A stretch of 64,000 bases of DNA from a virus (IMGVR_UViG_3300014205_000001:96001-160000); one strand, 5' to 3'; counted from the first letter of the stretch, positions 46,470 to 57,055 are shown. Program-made: numbers and translations. Notes: generated by a model from the sequence alone, not told the origin.

Positions 46470-47600
46470 ATGGATTTCAAAAACAATTTAGACAAACAAT
46501 ATTTATTGTTTGCAAACGACATTCTTAAGAATGGCACAATATCAGGTGACAGAACAGGCACAGGTACAAAAAAAGTATTTGGTAGAATGTTACATCACGA
46601 TATGAATGAGGGATTTCCTCTCTTAACATCGAAAGAAGTTCATTTTAAAAGCATCTTAACTGAATTATTGTGGTTTTTATCAGGTGTTACTAACATTAAA
46701 CCTTTAGTCGATCAAAATAATTATATTTGGGTAGGTGATTGTTTTAAACGTTATGAAAAATATATTGCTGCTTCTACACTCGATTCCGATCATACTTACA
46801 TGATACTTGATAATAATACTAAAGAACATCGTGCAATGAATCGTCAAGAATTTATTGATATGATTAAATCAGCACCCAAAAATTATGATGAGTATGCTGA
46901 AAAGGATTTGTATTCTTCAATTGAAGCATGGAAGAGTGATTTTGTTTTAATGTTTGGTGAACTTGGTCCTGTATATGGAGCAATGTGGACAAATTGGGAT
47001 GGCATTAATCAAATTGAAAATGCAATTGAAACGTTAAAAACAAATCCTAATAGCAGACGTATTTTAATTTCTGCATGGAATCCAACTTATGTTGACAAAG
47101 TAGTATTGCCTCCTTGTCATTTCTGTTTTCAATTTGTTACAATTGAATTAACTCAAGAAGAAAGAATACAAATATATATTAACAATGGATATAATAGTGA
47201 CCGTCTGCGTGATAACGCCGGATATATTGGTGGTGATGCTTTGGACATACAATTGGATAAAGCAAATATTCCGAAACACAAATTAAATATGATGTTCAAT
47301 ATGCGATCAATTGATTTAGCATTGGGACTTCCATTTAATATTGCAAGTTATGGTTTATTATTAATGATGTTCGCACAGCAAACAAACATGGTAGCAAATG
47401 AATTAGTTGCAAGTTTAGGTGATTTACATATTTATCTAAATCAACAAGAAGGTATGTCAAAACAAGGCGAATCTGAAACGTTTGCATTACCAACAGTAAC
47501 AATTGAAAAAGCCAAATCTATTTTCGATTATAAAGTAGAAAATTTTAAATTAAATAATTACCAAAATGCTGGTAAAATAGCAATGCCATTATCAAATTAG
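46470..47600 (+). CDS. thyA: Thymidylate synthase
   Basis: DRTGTGT, ELLWFL, LGPVYG, SRR, LPPCH, RSID..LGLPFNIASY, GDLHIY. Confidence 0.97.
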   Translation: MDFKNNLDKQYLLFANDILKNGTISGDRTGTGTKKVFGRMLHHDMNEGFPLLTSKEVHFKSILTELLWFLSGVTNIKPLVDQNNYIWVGDCFKRYEKYIAASTLDSDHTYMILDNNTKEHRAMNRQEFIDMIKSAPKNYDEYAEKDLYSSIEAWKSDFVLMFGELGPVYGAMWTNWDGINQIENAIETLKTNPNSRRILISAWNPTYVDKVVLPPCHFCFQFVTIELTQEERIQIYINNGYNSDRLRDNAGYIGGDALDIQLDKANIPKHKLNMMFNMRSIDLALGLPFNIASYGLLLMMFAQQTNMVANELVASLGDLHIYLNQQEGMSKQGESETFALPTVTIEKAKSIFDYKVENFKLNNYQNAGKIAMPLSN

Positions 47601-47686
47601 GGAATCGATTGCCAAATCTCACCTAAAATAAGAAAGATCGTAGAAATACGATCTTTTTTAGTGTGGATATATAAAAATAAACACAA

Positions 47687-47833
47687 ATGGCAGCAAAAGT
47701 AAAAACTTCGACAGCAACACAATTCCACAAAAAACCTAAAAAAGTGCGTAAGGGTGTTCACGCAAAAACAAAAAGTTCTAAGAATAAACATTCAAAGAAC
47801 TATCAAAAATTAAATCGCGGTCAAGGTCACTAA
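47687..47833 (+). CDS. Small basic protein ending RGQG (not in ORF track)
   Basis: MAAKVKTSTATQFHKKPKKVRKGVHAKTKSSKNKHSKNYQKLNRGQGH; late motif at 47666. Confidence 0.7.
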   Translation: MAAKVKTSTATQFHKKPKKVRKGVHAKTKSSKNKHSKNYQKLNRGQGH

Positions 47834-47998
47834 TTATTTCTTTTGTTTTGTAGCTGTAAGGTGCCAACCATTACAGAAACTACATAAATATGCTGTAGGT
47901 GGATTACCTTTCCATGATTTTTGACGTGTAAAAGAAACAGCAGCTTTTAATGCTAATCCTTTACTTCGATAAATTACTTTATTGGTTGTTTCGCACAT
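47834..47998 (-). CDS. Small zinc-finger-like phage protein (not in ORF track)
   Basis: MCETTNK..AYLCSFCNGWHLT. Confidence 0.65.
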   Translation of the reverse strand: MCETTNKVIYRSKGLALKAAVSFTRQKSWKGNPPTAYLCSFCNGWHLTATKQKK

Positions 47999-49096
47999 TT
48001 ATTTTTTGCTACTTTCTAAAATTTGAAAACAATTATCTACTGTTTTCTTGAGTAAAGATTTAAATTCTATTTCTGTAAAGAGATCAGTTTCTTGATTGAC
48101 CTTAACATCGTTTGTCCACTCCATACTTATATCCTTAATAGATTTGTCTTTAAGAGATACAGTTGTAGTACGTTTAGGTTTATCTGTTACTATGTCGTCG
48201 ATGAAGTCTAAACGTTCGATTTTGAACTTATTAGTAGCTTTATCTAAATCTAAACGAAGCTGAGGATAATTTAATAATAAATTGTTACTTACTTCTAAAT
48301 CAATAAAATTATGTGTTTCTAAATGAGTACTTAATGTTTTAAAATCAGCAGGGTCGAATAATTGAATTTTTTTAAATTCAGGACTGTGATCATTTTCAAT
48401 AAACACATCTTTCTTTTTCTTAGTATCGTAAACAAAAATACCCTTTGTATTTTGTACATCGTTTCTGTCCAAGTGATAAGGACTACCTACGAATGTAAAA
48501 TTATTAATATTTTGTACAATATGTATATGTCCTGAAAATACTCGACCATAGCCATTAAAATCACCAATATCTAAAATATTACGATTTGCAGGACGTGTAG
48601 GATATAATTGTGTACGACAGCCATTTAAATCACTATGACAAAATAAAAGATCGCAACCTGCATATTGTTCTAATACTGTTTTTTCTTGATTTTTTCCATG
48701 AATCCATGGCATCATTAAAATTTCTAAATTGTCAAGTGTAATTACTTTAGGAGTTTCATATACAAATACGTTTGGAATATTACGTATCACACATACTGAA
48801 TTAATATCATTGCTATTCATTAACCATGCGTCGTGATTACCTAATAATACGTGACATTCAATTATTTTAGATAAATCTTCGAATAATTTGACAACAATAT
48901 TAATTGCTTTGAGATTAATTGAAGTACGATTATCAAAAATGTCACCTAATATAAACAGTTTATCATCTTTCTTTTTGTTTTCTTTTAAAAATGGTATAAA
49001 CCAATCGTAGAAATACGATTCCATTATTTTTAACCATCTTTCACTATCGTTTTGATACTTACCAAAATGAAAGTCACTTATTGTCCATATTTTCAT
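47999..49096 (-). CDS. Mre11/SbcD-family recombination nuclease (T4 gp47-like)
   Basis: SDFHFG, LGDIFD, GNHD, SGHIH, VGSPY; start ATG 49096 after class III promoter. Confidence 0.92.
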   Translation of the reverse strand: MKIWTISDFHFGKYQNDSERWLKIMESYFYDWFIPFLKENKKKDDKLFILGDIFDNRTSINLKAINIVVKLFEDLSKIIECHVLLGNHDAWLMNSNDINSVCVIRNIPNVFVYETPKVITLDNLEILMMPWIHGKNQEKTVLEQYAGCDLLFCHSDLNGCRTQLYPTRPANRNILDIGDFNGYGRVFSGHIHIVQNINNFTFVGSPYHLDRNDVQNTKGIFVYDTKKKKDVFIENDHSPEFKKIQLFDPADFKTLSTHLETHNFIDLEVSNNLLLNYPQLRLDLDKATNKFKIERLDFIDDIVTDKPKRTTTVSLKDKSIKDISMEWTNDVKVNQETDLFTEIEFKSLLKKTVDNCFQILESSKK

Positions 49097-49171
49097 AATG
49101 ATTATATTTTTTAAACCTAGCAAAGTTTAATATATAGTATATAGTTAAAATAAAACAAACATCCTATAAAC

Positions 49172-49651
49172 ATGGCTAAAAAAGCAAAAAAGAACAAGGA
49201 AAACAACGAAATTCCTGTAAACACAACTCCAGTTAGCAATATACCTGAAATTACACCTGCACCAATTGAACCAGAAGTAATTCCAGAAGTAACTCCTGAA
49301 CCAGAAGTAACACCAATGTCAGAAATTGATGCTGCCTTAATTCCACAAGCACCGGAAGTTCCACAAGCACCAGAAGTAGAAATTGTAGTTACACCTACAG
49401 ATATTTTTCAATCTGGTTTAGAAGAACCAATGATCGGTCCTGAACCTGCTATTAAATCTAAAAAGACAAAAGATTTAACAGCTAAAGAAATGTTCGAAAA
49501 AGCTATTAAAACTACACCTTTTACAATTTTTCAAAATGGTATTTTAGTATGTCATCATAGTGATTTCGTAAAACTTACAGTTACTGACAAATACTTCGAA
49601 ATTAATTTCCGTAAGTTTTCTTACGAAGGAATTGAAATAAAATATATCTAA
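49172..49651 (+). CDS. Pro/Glu-rich late protein
   Basis: PEV repeats; late motif at 49129. Confidence 0.7.
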   Translation: MAKKAKKNKENNEIPVNTTPVSNIPEITPAPIEPEVIPEVTPEPEVTPMSEIDAALIPQAPEVPQAPEVEIVVTPTDIFQSGLEEPMIGPEPAIKSKKTKDLTAKEMFEKAIKTTPFTIFQNGILVCHHSDFVKLTVTDKYFEINFRKFSYEGIEIKYI

Positions 49652-49659
49652 TACTAAAT

Positions 49660-51648
49660 ATGGGACGGCTGCTAAACCGCGAACAAGTCTATTTAATTTC
49701 TGAAAAAGCAGTTGATGTAAGTCAATCAGCTTCAGGCGTTCTTGCGAATTTAGCAATGAAGCCTATTTCGTTATTAGTAGGTTCGATTAAAAAACAATAT
49801 CGCAAACAACAATTAGATGCATTGATCATGCAATGGGCAGGTGAATACGCGAAAGCAGTTAAACCTGAATTAGAAGAAAAACCTAATGTAGAAGAACCTT
49901 CTACTGAAGATACTACTGCATCAGCAGGTGAAGAAGTTACTCCTGGAAATGTTCCTAACATTGAAGATAAAGTTGAATTACCTCCTGCAGAAGTTCCTGT
50001 AGAAGCAACAAAAAATATTATGGCTGAATTACAAAAAGACATTCAGACATTAGCCAATATCGAAAAGTTAATGAAAACTCTTCCTGATAATGGCGTAATG
50101 GATGATACTATTTTTCGTCAATTCAAAAAAGAAATTGGTGATTTAGAAACTTTATACTTTGAAGAATATATGTCTGAATTAAAAGATGATATTTCTGAAC
50201 AAGATTTACAATCAATTAATGCCAACATTAAAACTTACAATACTTTTGTGGAAGCAATGTATAACGCACCTACTGCTGCAAAAGTAAAACAAATTTTCCA
50301 ATCAACATTTAAAGATGTATACAGTTCTAAATTAGCTGAGATCAAATTAGTCTTAGTTAAAATACGTCAACAGTTAAATACAATATTATATGTATTGCAA
50401 CAAAAAGCTGCTAAAAATAAACCTGCTGAAGAAAAGGAAACTACTACAACACCTAATACTGAACAACCAAGTCAAGAAGAACCTTTAAATAAAACTGCTG
50501 CAACTAATACTCCTAAACCAAATCCTGATCCGAATCAAGTCGCAGCTGCAAAACAAGATTTAAAAAACGCTTTATCAGGTGGAAGAAATACAACTGAAAC
50601 ATTATCATTCAAACAAAAACTTGAATTGGTATTGAATGAAGCAAAATACGTTATTCCACGAGAACCTAACGAATTAATTCCTGAAATTGATTTAAAAAAT
50701 ATTTTACAGGAAAATCCTAAAATTCGTGAAGAAGCAACTAAACGAGTTAATATTAAACGTTTAGATATTTTACAATACGAAGCGCAATTCATTTTAAATA
50801 AAACTAAAAACGCTGCAGTTGCTGGTAAACCTGGAACAGGTGAATCAAATCCTGATTTACAACGAGTATGGGATTTAGGTATCAAAAAAATTAATGATTA
50901 TTTTCAATCTGTAATTGATGTTGATACTGTTATGAAACAAGTTAAACCTCAAGCAGACGAACAAACTAAAAAACGTATTGCTGCAGACGATGCACAAATT
51001 TCTAATTTAGAAGGGATGAATATTACTGAAGTATTTAAAGTAGGTGCGAAATTCGACCCAAATCGTGTATACGCTTTCGACTGTACTGTTACAGGTTTGA
51101 AATCTTTATCTACAACTTTATTAGTATCACCTACAACACAATTTATTGATGACGATTCTGATACTACACAATATTGGTTTAAACTTTTAGGTGCTTATCG
51201 TTACGATGAAAAATCTAAAAAAACAATCAAATTAAATATTTTCAAAAACATTGCATCAAATCAAAAAATGATTAATAATCAATCGTATTATTATTTAGCA
51301 ATGCGTAATTTACGTCCTTCGACAAATTCAGGTTCTTTTGCATTTTTATATTCTAATTTTGGTAATATTTATTATAACAATGAAGAGTACAAAGATACTG
51401 CGCAAATTAGTAAAGAACTTACTGATTTAGCTGGTCAAGGTAAATTTAGTGATAAAGCTAAAAATTTAATTAAAACTGGTAATGCAATTCGTATTAAAAT
51501 GCACCAACGTTTCTTTGTAGACGATGCAGATATTCAAGCAAAGAAATTTCCAGGAATTGATGTTGCTACAATAAATGACGATAAAAATATTGATAAATCT
51601 AAAAAGAATAATCAGTTACTGATGGATATTTTAGAATCAGATAAATAA
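49660..51648 (+). CDS. Large putative virion/internal protein
   Basis: 662 aa; N-terminal ..YLISE and internal VLNE candidate protease sites. Confidence 0.65.
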   Translation: MGRLLNREQVYLISEKAVDVSQSASGVLANLAMKPISLLVGSIKKQYRKQQLDALIMQWAGEYAKAVKPELEEKPNVEEPSTEDTTASAGEEVTPGNVPNIEDKVELPPAEVPVEATKNIMAELQKDIQTLANIEKLMKTLPDNGVMDDTIFRQFKKEIGDLETLYFEEYMSELKDDISEQDLQSINANIKTYNTFVEAMYNAPTAAKVKQIFQSTFKDVYSSKLAEIKLVLVKIRQQLNTILYVLQQKAAKNKPAEEKETTTTPNTEQPSQEEPLNKTAATNTPKPNPDPNQVAAAKQDLKNALSGGRNTTETLSFKQKLELVLNEAKYVIPREPNELIPEIDLKNILQENPKIREEATKRVNIKRLDILQYEAQFILNKTKNAAVAGKPGTGESNPDLQRVWDLGIKKINDYFQSVIDVDTVMKQVKPQADEQTKKRIAADDAQISNLEGMNITEVFKVGAKFDPNRVYAFDCTVTGLKSLSTTLLVSPTTQFIDDDSDTTQYWFKLLGAYRYDEKSKKTIKLNIFKNIASNQKMINNQSYYYLAMRNLRPSTNSGSFAFLYSNFGNIYYNNEEYKDTAQISKELTDLAGQGKFSDKAKNLIKTGNAIRIKMHQRFFVDDADIQAKKFPGIDVATINDDKNIDKSKKNNQLLMDILESDK

Positions 51649-51649
51649 G

Positions 51650-52081
51650 ATGATAACTTCTATAAACGAATTTCGCAAAAAAATTAATGAAGAAAATGCT
51701 GTTCAACAACAAGTAACAAATACTGTTTTGAATAGTGATAAAACTACACATTTAACTGGTTACGAAAATGATATGGGTTACTATAATGGTAACAAAGGTA
51801 AATTACTTTTATTATCTCAAAAAGCTGTTGATGACAATACTGAACAAGAAGCTAATAAAATAATCAATGGTAACATCTATTTAGGTATTGCATGGAAATT
51901 ATATAAAATGGAAACTGCTTTAAAAGGTGATGAAGATAAATTAGGTTCTAACGAAATATCTCAACCTGAAAAAGCACAAATTCAAACTAACGTTAATACT
52001 AATAAACAAGAATTAACAAAACTAAAAAAAGAATTAGACGATAAAATTAGATTAGATTTAGGTCAAATTAAAAAAATGTAA
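51650..52081 (+). CDS. Putative internal head protein (MITSINEFRKKINEE leader)
   Basis: Shared leader. Confidence 0.7.
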   Translation: MITSINEFRKKINEENAVQQQVTNTVLNSDKTTHLTGYENDMGYYNGNKGKLLLLSQKAVDDNTEQEANKIINGNIYLGIAWKLYKMETALKGDEDKLGSNEISQPEKAQIQTNVNTNKQELTKLKKELDDKIRLDLGQIKKM

Positions 52082-52103
52082 GGGACTGTTAATCAGTCCT
52101 TTT
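52081..52103 (+). terminator. Intrinsic terminator
   Basis: AGGGACTG-TTAAT-CAGTCCTTTT. Confidence 0.7.
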
Positions 52104-52143
52104 GTTTTAGAATCTCATCCAATTTAATATATAATTTCATCTC

Positions 52144-54675
52144 ATGGCCGATAAATCGCAAGAATACAATCAAGCAATTCAAGACTTTGCCAAATCCTTA
52201 AACGGTTTGATGGCAGCGATTGTCGATACAGTTCAAAATAAAGATGCGAATGATCCGACTGAAGCTATTAAAAAATTAGCAAGTGATATTGCTGAAACAG
52301 CTGAAGTAGTCGAAAAAATCCAACAAGATGTTAAAGCAACTAAAAACAATAGCGAAGAAATTTTAGCAATTGTAAAAGCATTACAACGAGAAAAACGTAA
52401 AGGAATGTTTGAACGTTTAAGCGATAAAGGTAAAGGTACTAGTGGTAAAGTTGCTGATGGTATCAAAACAATTGCTTTAATGGCAGGCGCAATTTTAGCA
52501 ATTGGTAAAGCATTTCAAATTATTGGTACTGTAGATTTTCCTTCAGTGATTGCTTTATCTGTAGCATTACCTTTAATGGCAATCGCATTTGATAAAGTAG
52601 GTGAAACTACTAAAAGCCCTAAAGAAGCAGCGATGATAGCTATTTCAATGATAGCTATGAGTGCTGGTGTTGCAATATCAGGTGGTATCTTATCAATGAT
52701 GCCTACATTGAGTATTTCACAAATGATTAGTGCAATTGGTGTCGCAGCTGCGATTGGAATTGCAATGTATGGCTTAAGTGTAGTCGCAGATAATTTAAAT
52801 GCAAAAGAAATAAAACAGCTATACATGATAGCTCCTGTAATGCCAATTGTTGCAATGGGATTATTATTATCAGCTGAAATTTTACAAAATATTCCGGGTG
52901 TTGATTTAGTTAATACAATCAAAACATCTTTAGCTGTTACTGGTGCTGCTGTAATCTTTGGATTAGGTGCTGCACTTTTAAATAAAGTAGGTAGTGTCAA
53001 AGATGTTACAGTAGGTAGTCTTTCATTAGTTATTGCAAGTGGCGGTTTAGCTTTAGCGTCACAATTAATTTCTTTAGGTGATTATGGTAATTTTCCTTCA
53101 TTGGATTGGGCGACAGGTTTTGGTGTATCAATGTTACTTTCACTTCCATCAATTTTAGCTTACGGTATTGTTGCTACGACTGGGATAGGAGCAATTGCAA
53201 TTGCTGCAGGTATATTATCTATGTTAGCAGTAAGTGGTGGCTTAAGTTTAATGTCTCACATTATTGCAACAGGTGACTATCAAGGTGGACCTTCAGCTGC
53301 GTGGGCAGGTGGATTTGGTTTAGCAATGATGGCATTTGCGCCAGCAGTATTGATGTTTGGTGCGTTAGCAGCAACTGGTATTGGTGCTTTAGTAATTGGT
53401 GCAGGTATTGCAAGTATGATTGCAGTAGGCGAAGGTTTAGCAGCAACTTCAATTGCAATACAAGGTGGAAAATATACAGGAGGTCCTTCTGTTGAATGGT
53501 CAAGTGGTGTTGGTTTAGCAATCATGGCATTTGCAAATTCGATGGATTCATTGACTCCAGGATTAATTGATACAATATTTGGTGGTGAAAGTTTAGAATC
53601 ATGTATTGGTTTAATGTTAACTCTTGCAAGTAATCTTCCAAAAATTGCTGCAGAAATTAATAAGGGTCAAGGACAATATACTGTTGCAAATGCACCATCC
53701 AAAGAATGGAGTGAAGGTGTTGGTACAGCATTAATGGCTTTTGCAACTGCGATGGCTGCATTAGAACCTGGAGTATTAGATACTTTAATGGGCGACTCGT
53801 TACAACAGCGAATTGACTTAATGGTTCCTTTGGCTGGTAAACTTCCAATCATTGCAGCAATGTTCAATGCCAATCCTGCGATTTATGATATTAAAAATGT
53901 TCCAAGTAAAGCATGGAGTGAAGGTGTTGGTATTGGTGTTTCATCCTTTGCAAACGCAATTGCTGTATTGGCAGATGAAATTGATATTGACGATATGTCA
54001 GATTATATAATGGCGATCATGCCTCTTGCTCCTGTTATGGCAGCATTTGGTAATTTTTTAGCTAAAGGTACTTATACAAACTATCCTAAAAAACAATGGG
54101 CTGAAGGTATTGGTGAGTTCTTCGAAGTATTTTCCGATTTAGATATTGCTGATGATGCTGCAGATCAAGCCAAACAAATGATGTTACTTGCAAAAAGTTA
54201 TGTACAACTTGCTGCATCAATGATGGTATTAGGTAAAGGATTTAATTCAATTAAAGATGTACCTAATTTATCAGGTTTATATGGTGGTTTAGTAACATTG
54301 TCATTAATTGATAGCGATAATTTAGAAGATGCTTTAGATGCGATTAATGATAAAAGTACAGAATTTGCAAAAGTTATGTCATTAGTTAATTCTGCTAATA
54401 ATACAAAAATTGATGAATCATCATTTGCTTTTAATAAAGATAAAAAACCTGCATCGCAAACAAATGCGAATGCAAATAAACCAACTGTGAATGTTAATTC
54501 ACAAGCTGCAGTACTTCCTACTGTAAATCGTCCTGCTAATGTTAAACCATCAGAAGATAAAATGGCTAAGTTACTACAACAAGTAATTAATCTATTAAGC
54601 TCAGGTAATGGAATGTTAGGCGAAATTGCTGACAATACTGCTCATAAACTGTCAGATATGGGCATAAATCATTAA
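52144..54675 (+). CDS. Tape-measure-like hydrophobic helical repeat protein
   Basis: Ala/Gly-rich, six PS..W..G.G repeats, late promoter at 52126. Confidence 0.6.
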   Translation: MADKSQEYNQAIQDFAKSLNGLMAAIVDTVQNKDANDPTEAIKKLASDIAETAEVVEKIQQDVKATKNNSEEILAIVKALQREKRKGMFERLSDKGKGTSGKVADGIKTIALMAGAILAIGKAFQIIGTVDFPSVIALSVALPLMAIAFDKVGETTKSPKEAAMIAISMIAMSAGVAISGGILSMMPTLSISQMISAIGVAAAIGIAMYGLSVVADNLNAKEIKQLYMIAPVMPIVAMGLLLSAEILQNIPGVDLVNTIKTSLAVTGAAVIFGLGAALLNKVGSVKDVTVGSLSLVIASGGLALASQLISLGDYGNFPSLDWATGFGVSMLLSLPSILAYGIVATTGIGAIAIAAGILSMLAVSGGLSLMSHIIATGDYQGGPSAAWAGGFGLAMMAFAPAVLMFGALAATGIGALVIGAGIASMIAVGEGLAATSIAIQGGKYTGGPSVEWSSGVGLAIMAFANSMDSLTPGLIDTIFGGESLESCIGLMLTLASNLPKIAAEINKGQGQYTVANAPSKEWSEGVGTALMAFATAMAALEPGVLDTLMGDSLQQRIDLMVPLAGKLPIIAAMFNANPAIYDIKNVPSKAWSEGVGIGVSSFANAIAVLADEIDIDDMSDYIMAIMPLAPVMAAFGNFLAKGTYTNYPKKQWAEGIGEFFEVFSDLDIADDAADQAKQMMLLAKSYVQLAASMMVLGKGFNSIKDVPNLSGLYGGLVTLSLIDSDNLEDALDAINDKSTEFAKVMSLVNSANNTKIDESSFAFNKDKKPASQTNANANKPTVNVNSQAAVLPTVNRPANVKPSEDKMAKLLQQVINLLSSGNGMLGEIADNTAHKLSDMGINH

Positions 54676-54723
54676 AATTCCCTTATTTATTAAACCTTTA
54701 TCATTGTTGATGATATAATCAAT

Positions 54724-55125
54724 ATGATTAAATTTTTTCGATCGATTCGTTTATTTTTTGATTATCGTCGTAACGTGATCAAAAATAAGTTATACTTAAA
54801 CGAAAAATTTGGGTTAGAAGTTTCTTGGATATACGAAATGTATACTACGCTTACTTTAGCTGAAGCACCTGAAGATATGAAGCAAAAATATGGTTCAGCG
54901 TTAGCAGAATACGAAATCAAAAAATACATTGGTGTTGTAAATGCAAATCTTGCTAAATTAGGTTTAGAAGAATTAGTAAATGTTTACGAAATTAAACGTT
55001 TAAACAAAGATGAATATGGTATTGCATTTGGATATGCATTATTTAATAATCTTCGTTTATTGTTATTATTTGTCGGAACAATTTTAGCAGCACTAGGTAG
55101 TATCATAACATTAATAATAATTTAA
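54724..55125 (+). CDS. Hypothetical protein with C-terminal transmembrane helix
   Basis: Hydrophobic C-terminus. Confidence 0.7.
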   Translation: MIKFFRSIRLFFDYRRNVIKNKLYLNEKFGLEVSWIYEMYTTLTLAEAPEDMKQKYGSALAEYEIKKYIGVVNANLAKLGLEELVNVYEIKRLNKDEYGIAFGYALFNNLRLLLLFVGTILAALGSIITLIII

Positions 55126-55133
55126 AAACAAAT

Positions 55134-55637
55134 ATGACTGAACAAGTAGACAACAACACGAAAGTAACGACAGAGTTTTATGAACTTAGTCAAGACACTT
55201 TAGACACAGTAAAAAGTCTTTTAGAAAAAATGGCATTACCATTTAATTTAAAGATTATGTATTTAGGTACAACAAAACAAAAAGCATTACTGAAGTTAAA
55301 AAGTGCTAGTAAAGAATTTCAATACAAAAACGGTATTGATTTAATTATGTACATCAATGAAGATTATCTAATTAAATTAGAAACTGCTAACGCAGAAATC
55401 TTAATGTATCAAGAATTAGATCGTTTACAATTCAGTATCGAAAAAGGTACTTTCAAAATTGCTAAATATGGTTTGCAAACAACTGTTGGTGTATTAAAAA
55501 AATATGGCATCGATGCAGTATCAAATGCAAATGAATTATCAATTCAATTCACGAAACAAAAAGATGATAGTGATAGTAAATTGGAAAGTATCGATACTCC
55601 TAAGAAAAAACGTAAAAACGTAGAATTTTTAAAATAA
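55134..55637 (+). CDS. Hypothetical protein (phage-metallopeptidase-like, catalytic His absent)
   Basis: DLIMYINE..LMYQELDRL..KKYG. Confidence 0.55.
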   Translation: MTEQVDNNTKVTTEFYELSQDTLDTVKSLLEKMALPFNLKIMYLGTTKQKALLKLKSASKEFQYKNGIDLIMYINEDYLIKLETANAEILMYQELDRLQFSIEKGTFKIAKYGLQTTVGVLKKYGIDAVSNANELSIQFTKQKDDSDSKLESIDTPKKKRKNVEFLK

Positions 55638-55656
55638 AAATAAATAAAAGCAAAAA

Positions 55657-55893
55657 ATGATTGAATCTCAATTAATTGACAGTGTTGTATACTCTGTTTT
55701 AGACAAATTACGTAAAGGTACTATGCCTTCACCAACTGATCTCGTAACAAAAATTAACGATGAACTTAAAACGTATTTACGTATTAAAGCCGAAGCAAAG
55801 TTTATTCAAGGTGAAACGCCAGAATCAGTAACATATTTTATTAGTTATAAAGATTCTAATAAAAATGCACACACAATGTATTTCGAACTTTAA
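55657..55893 (+). CDS. Hypothetical protein
   Basis: 78 aa ORF. Confidence 0.6.
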   Translation: MIESQLIDSVVYSVLDKLRKGTMPSPTDLVTKINDELKTYLRIKAEAKFIQGETPESVTYFISYKDSNKNAHTMYFEL

Positions 55894-55939
55894 ACTATTT
55901 CGAATATAAGTGATATAAAAATAAAAATAATTACATAAA

Positions 55940-56602
55940 ATGTCAGAAAATACAGTAATAAAATCCGAAAATGAATACATTGATGCGTTATCTAACGTAG
56001 CTGTGAACGGTCAAGCTAATTTAAGTTTATTAGCTGAAGAAAGCAAAGCAAACATTGAAACATGTAAAAAAGATGTATTAGATTTTATTCGTGGCAACGA
56101 AAAAACTGATGATAACTTTGTTACTGCATTAGATATTTGGAATAAATACAAAGATGCTGTTAAACACGCACAATGTACTTTCAAAATCAATGGTTTGGAA
56201 TTAAAAGTAATTTACAACAAATTACACCGTGATGTACAATATACAACTGAAACGTTGTTTTATGGTTTACACTTAAAACGTCACTTTTTGGATTCATTCC
56301 CAAAAGCAGGTAAAGAATTTGAAGAAGTAAAAGCTTCTATTTCATTCTCAAATGCAATGGGTTTATATCATGTATTAAGTGATGTGAAAGTTACAGGTTT
56401 AAATAAAGAAAATTATGCATTCGCAAACGTTCTTTATAAATTATCTGAAATCAGTAAAGTATATCAACAATACGATCAAGAATCTGCACAAATTAATAAC
56501 GAAGTTCGTACATGGACTATGGGTATTAATAAAGACGAAGCAGCAAAAGTAGAAGATGCAGTTGCTGAAACGATTAAAGAAGAAGTTAATGAAAATAACT
56601 AA
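55940..56602 (+). CDS. Hypothetical helical protein
   Basis: 220 aa ORF after class III promoter. Confidence 0.75.
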   Translation: MSENTVIKSENEYIDALSNVAVNGQANLSLLAEESKANIETCKKDVLDFIRGNEKTDDNFVTALDIWNKYKDAVKHAQCTFKINGLELKVIYNKLHRDVQYTTETLFYGLHLKRHFLDSFPKAGKEFEEVKASISFSNAMGLYHVLSDVKVTGLNKENYAFANVLYKLSEISKVYQQYDQESAQINNEVRTWTMGINKDEAAKVEDAVAETIKEEVNENN

Positions 56603-57020
56603 AATTAAAGACGTTAAAACACCACAACGTAGTGGAAGATCCGCTGGGATTGATTTTTTCATTCCCAACGACTTTCCTATTACTACGATAAATCCTGGTG
56701 AAGATATTTTTTTAGAATTAGGAATTAAAGTAGCAATACCTCGAAATTATTGCTTAATCGCTTTTAATAAAAGTGGTGTAGCAATTAAAGGATTAACTGT
56801 AGGTGCATGTGTAGTTGATGAAGATTATCAAGGACCTATACATTTACATTTATTTAATGTGTCAAAACAGCCAGTAAAAATTATGAATGGTCAAAAAATA
56901 ATTCAATTTTTATTATTGCCTGTATGGCACGAAGAAATTGAAGAAGTTCCTTTATCAGAATTATATTCTGAAAGCTCCCAACGAGGCGAAGGTGGTTTTG
57001 GTTCAACAGGTACTCACTAA
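56589..57020 (+). CDS. dut: Trimeric dUTPase
   Basis: SAGIDF, KSG, VVDEDYQG, IIQ, RGEGGFGSTG; start ATG 56589. Confidence 0.95.
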   Translation: MKITKIKDVKTPQRSGRSAGIDFFIPNDFPITTINPGEDIFLELGIKVAIPRNYCLIAFNKSGVAIKGLTVGACVVDEDYQGPIHLHLFNVSKQPVKIMNGQKIIQFLLLPVWHEEIEEVPLSELYSESSQRGEGGFGSTGTH

Positions 57021-57022
57021 AT

Positions 57023-57046
57023 AAAATCCAACGAAAGTTGGATTTT
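57023..57046 (+). terminator. Intrinsic terminator
   Basis: AAAATCCAAC-GAAA-GTTGGATTTT. Confidence 0.8.
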
Positions 57047-57055
57047 TTATTTCTA

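Noticed and set aside
46740-47280. Insertions in thyA as intron or intein
   Set aside because: Short, in frame and without splicing motifs; they fall in known variable regions of ThyA
49230-49380. CCAGAAGTA-type short repeats
   Set aside because: Explained by PEV/PQAPEV low-complexity protein linker coding
49722-54635. Antisense ORFs in the track (e.g. 49722-50042, 50535-50885, 52515-53000, 54198-54635; also 1804-2100, 12021-12404, 62352-62630)
   Set aside because: Shadow frames fully overlapping well-supported genes on the opposite strand
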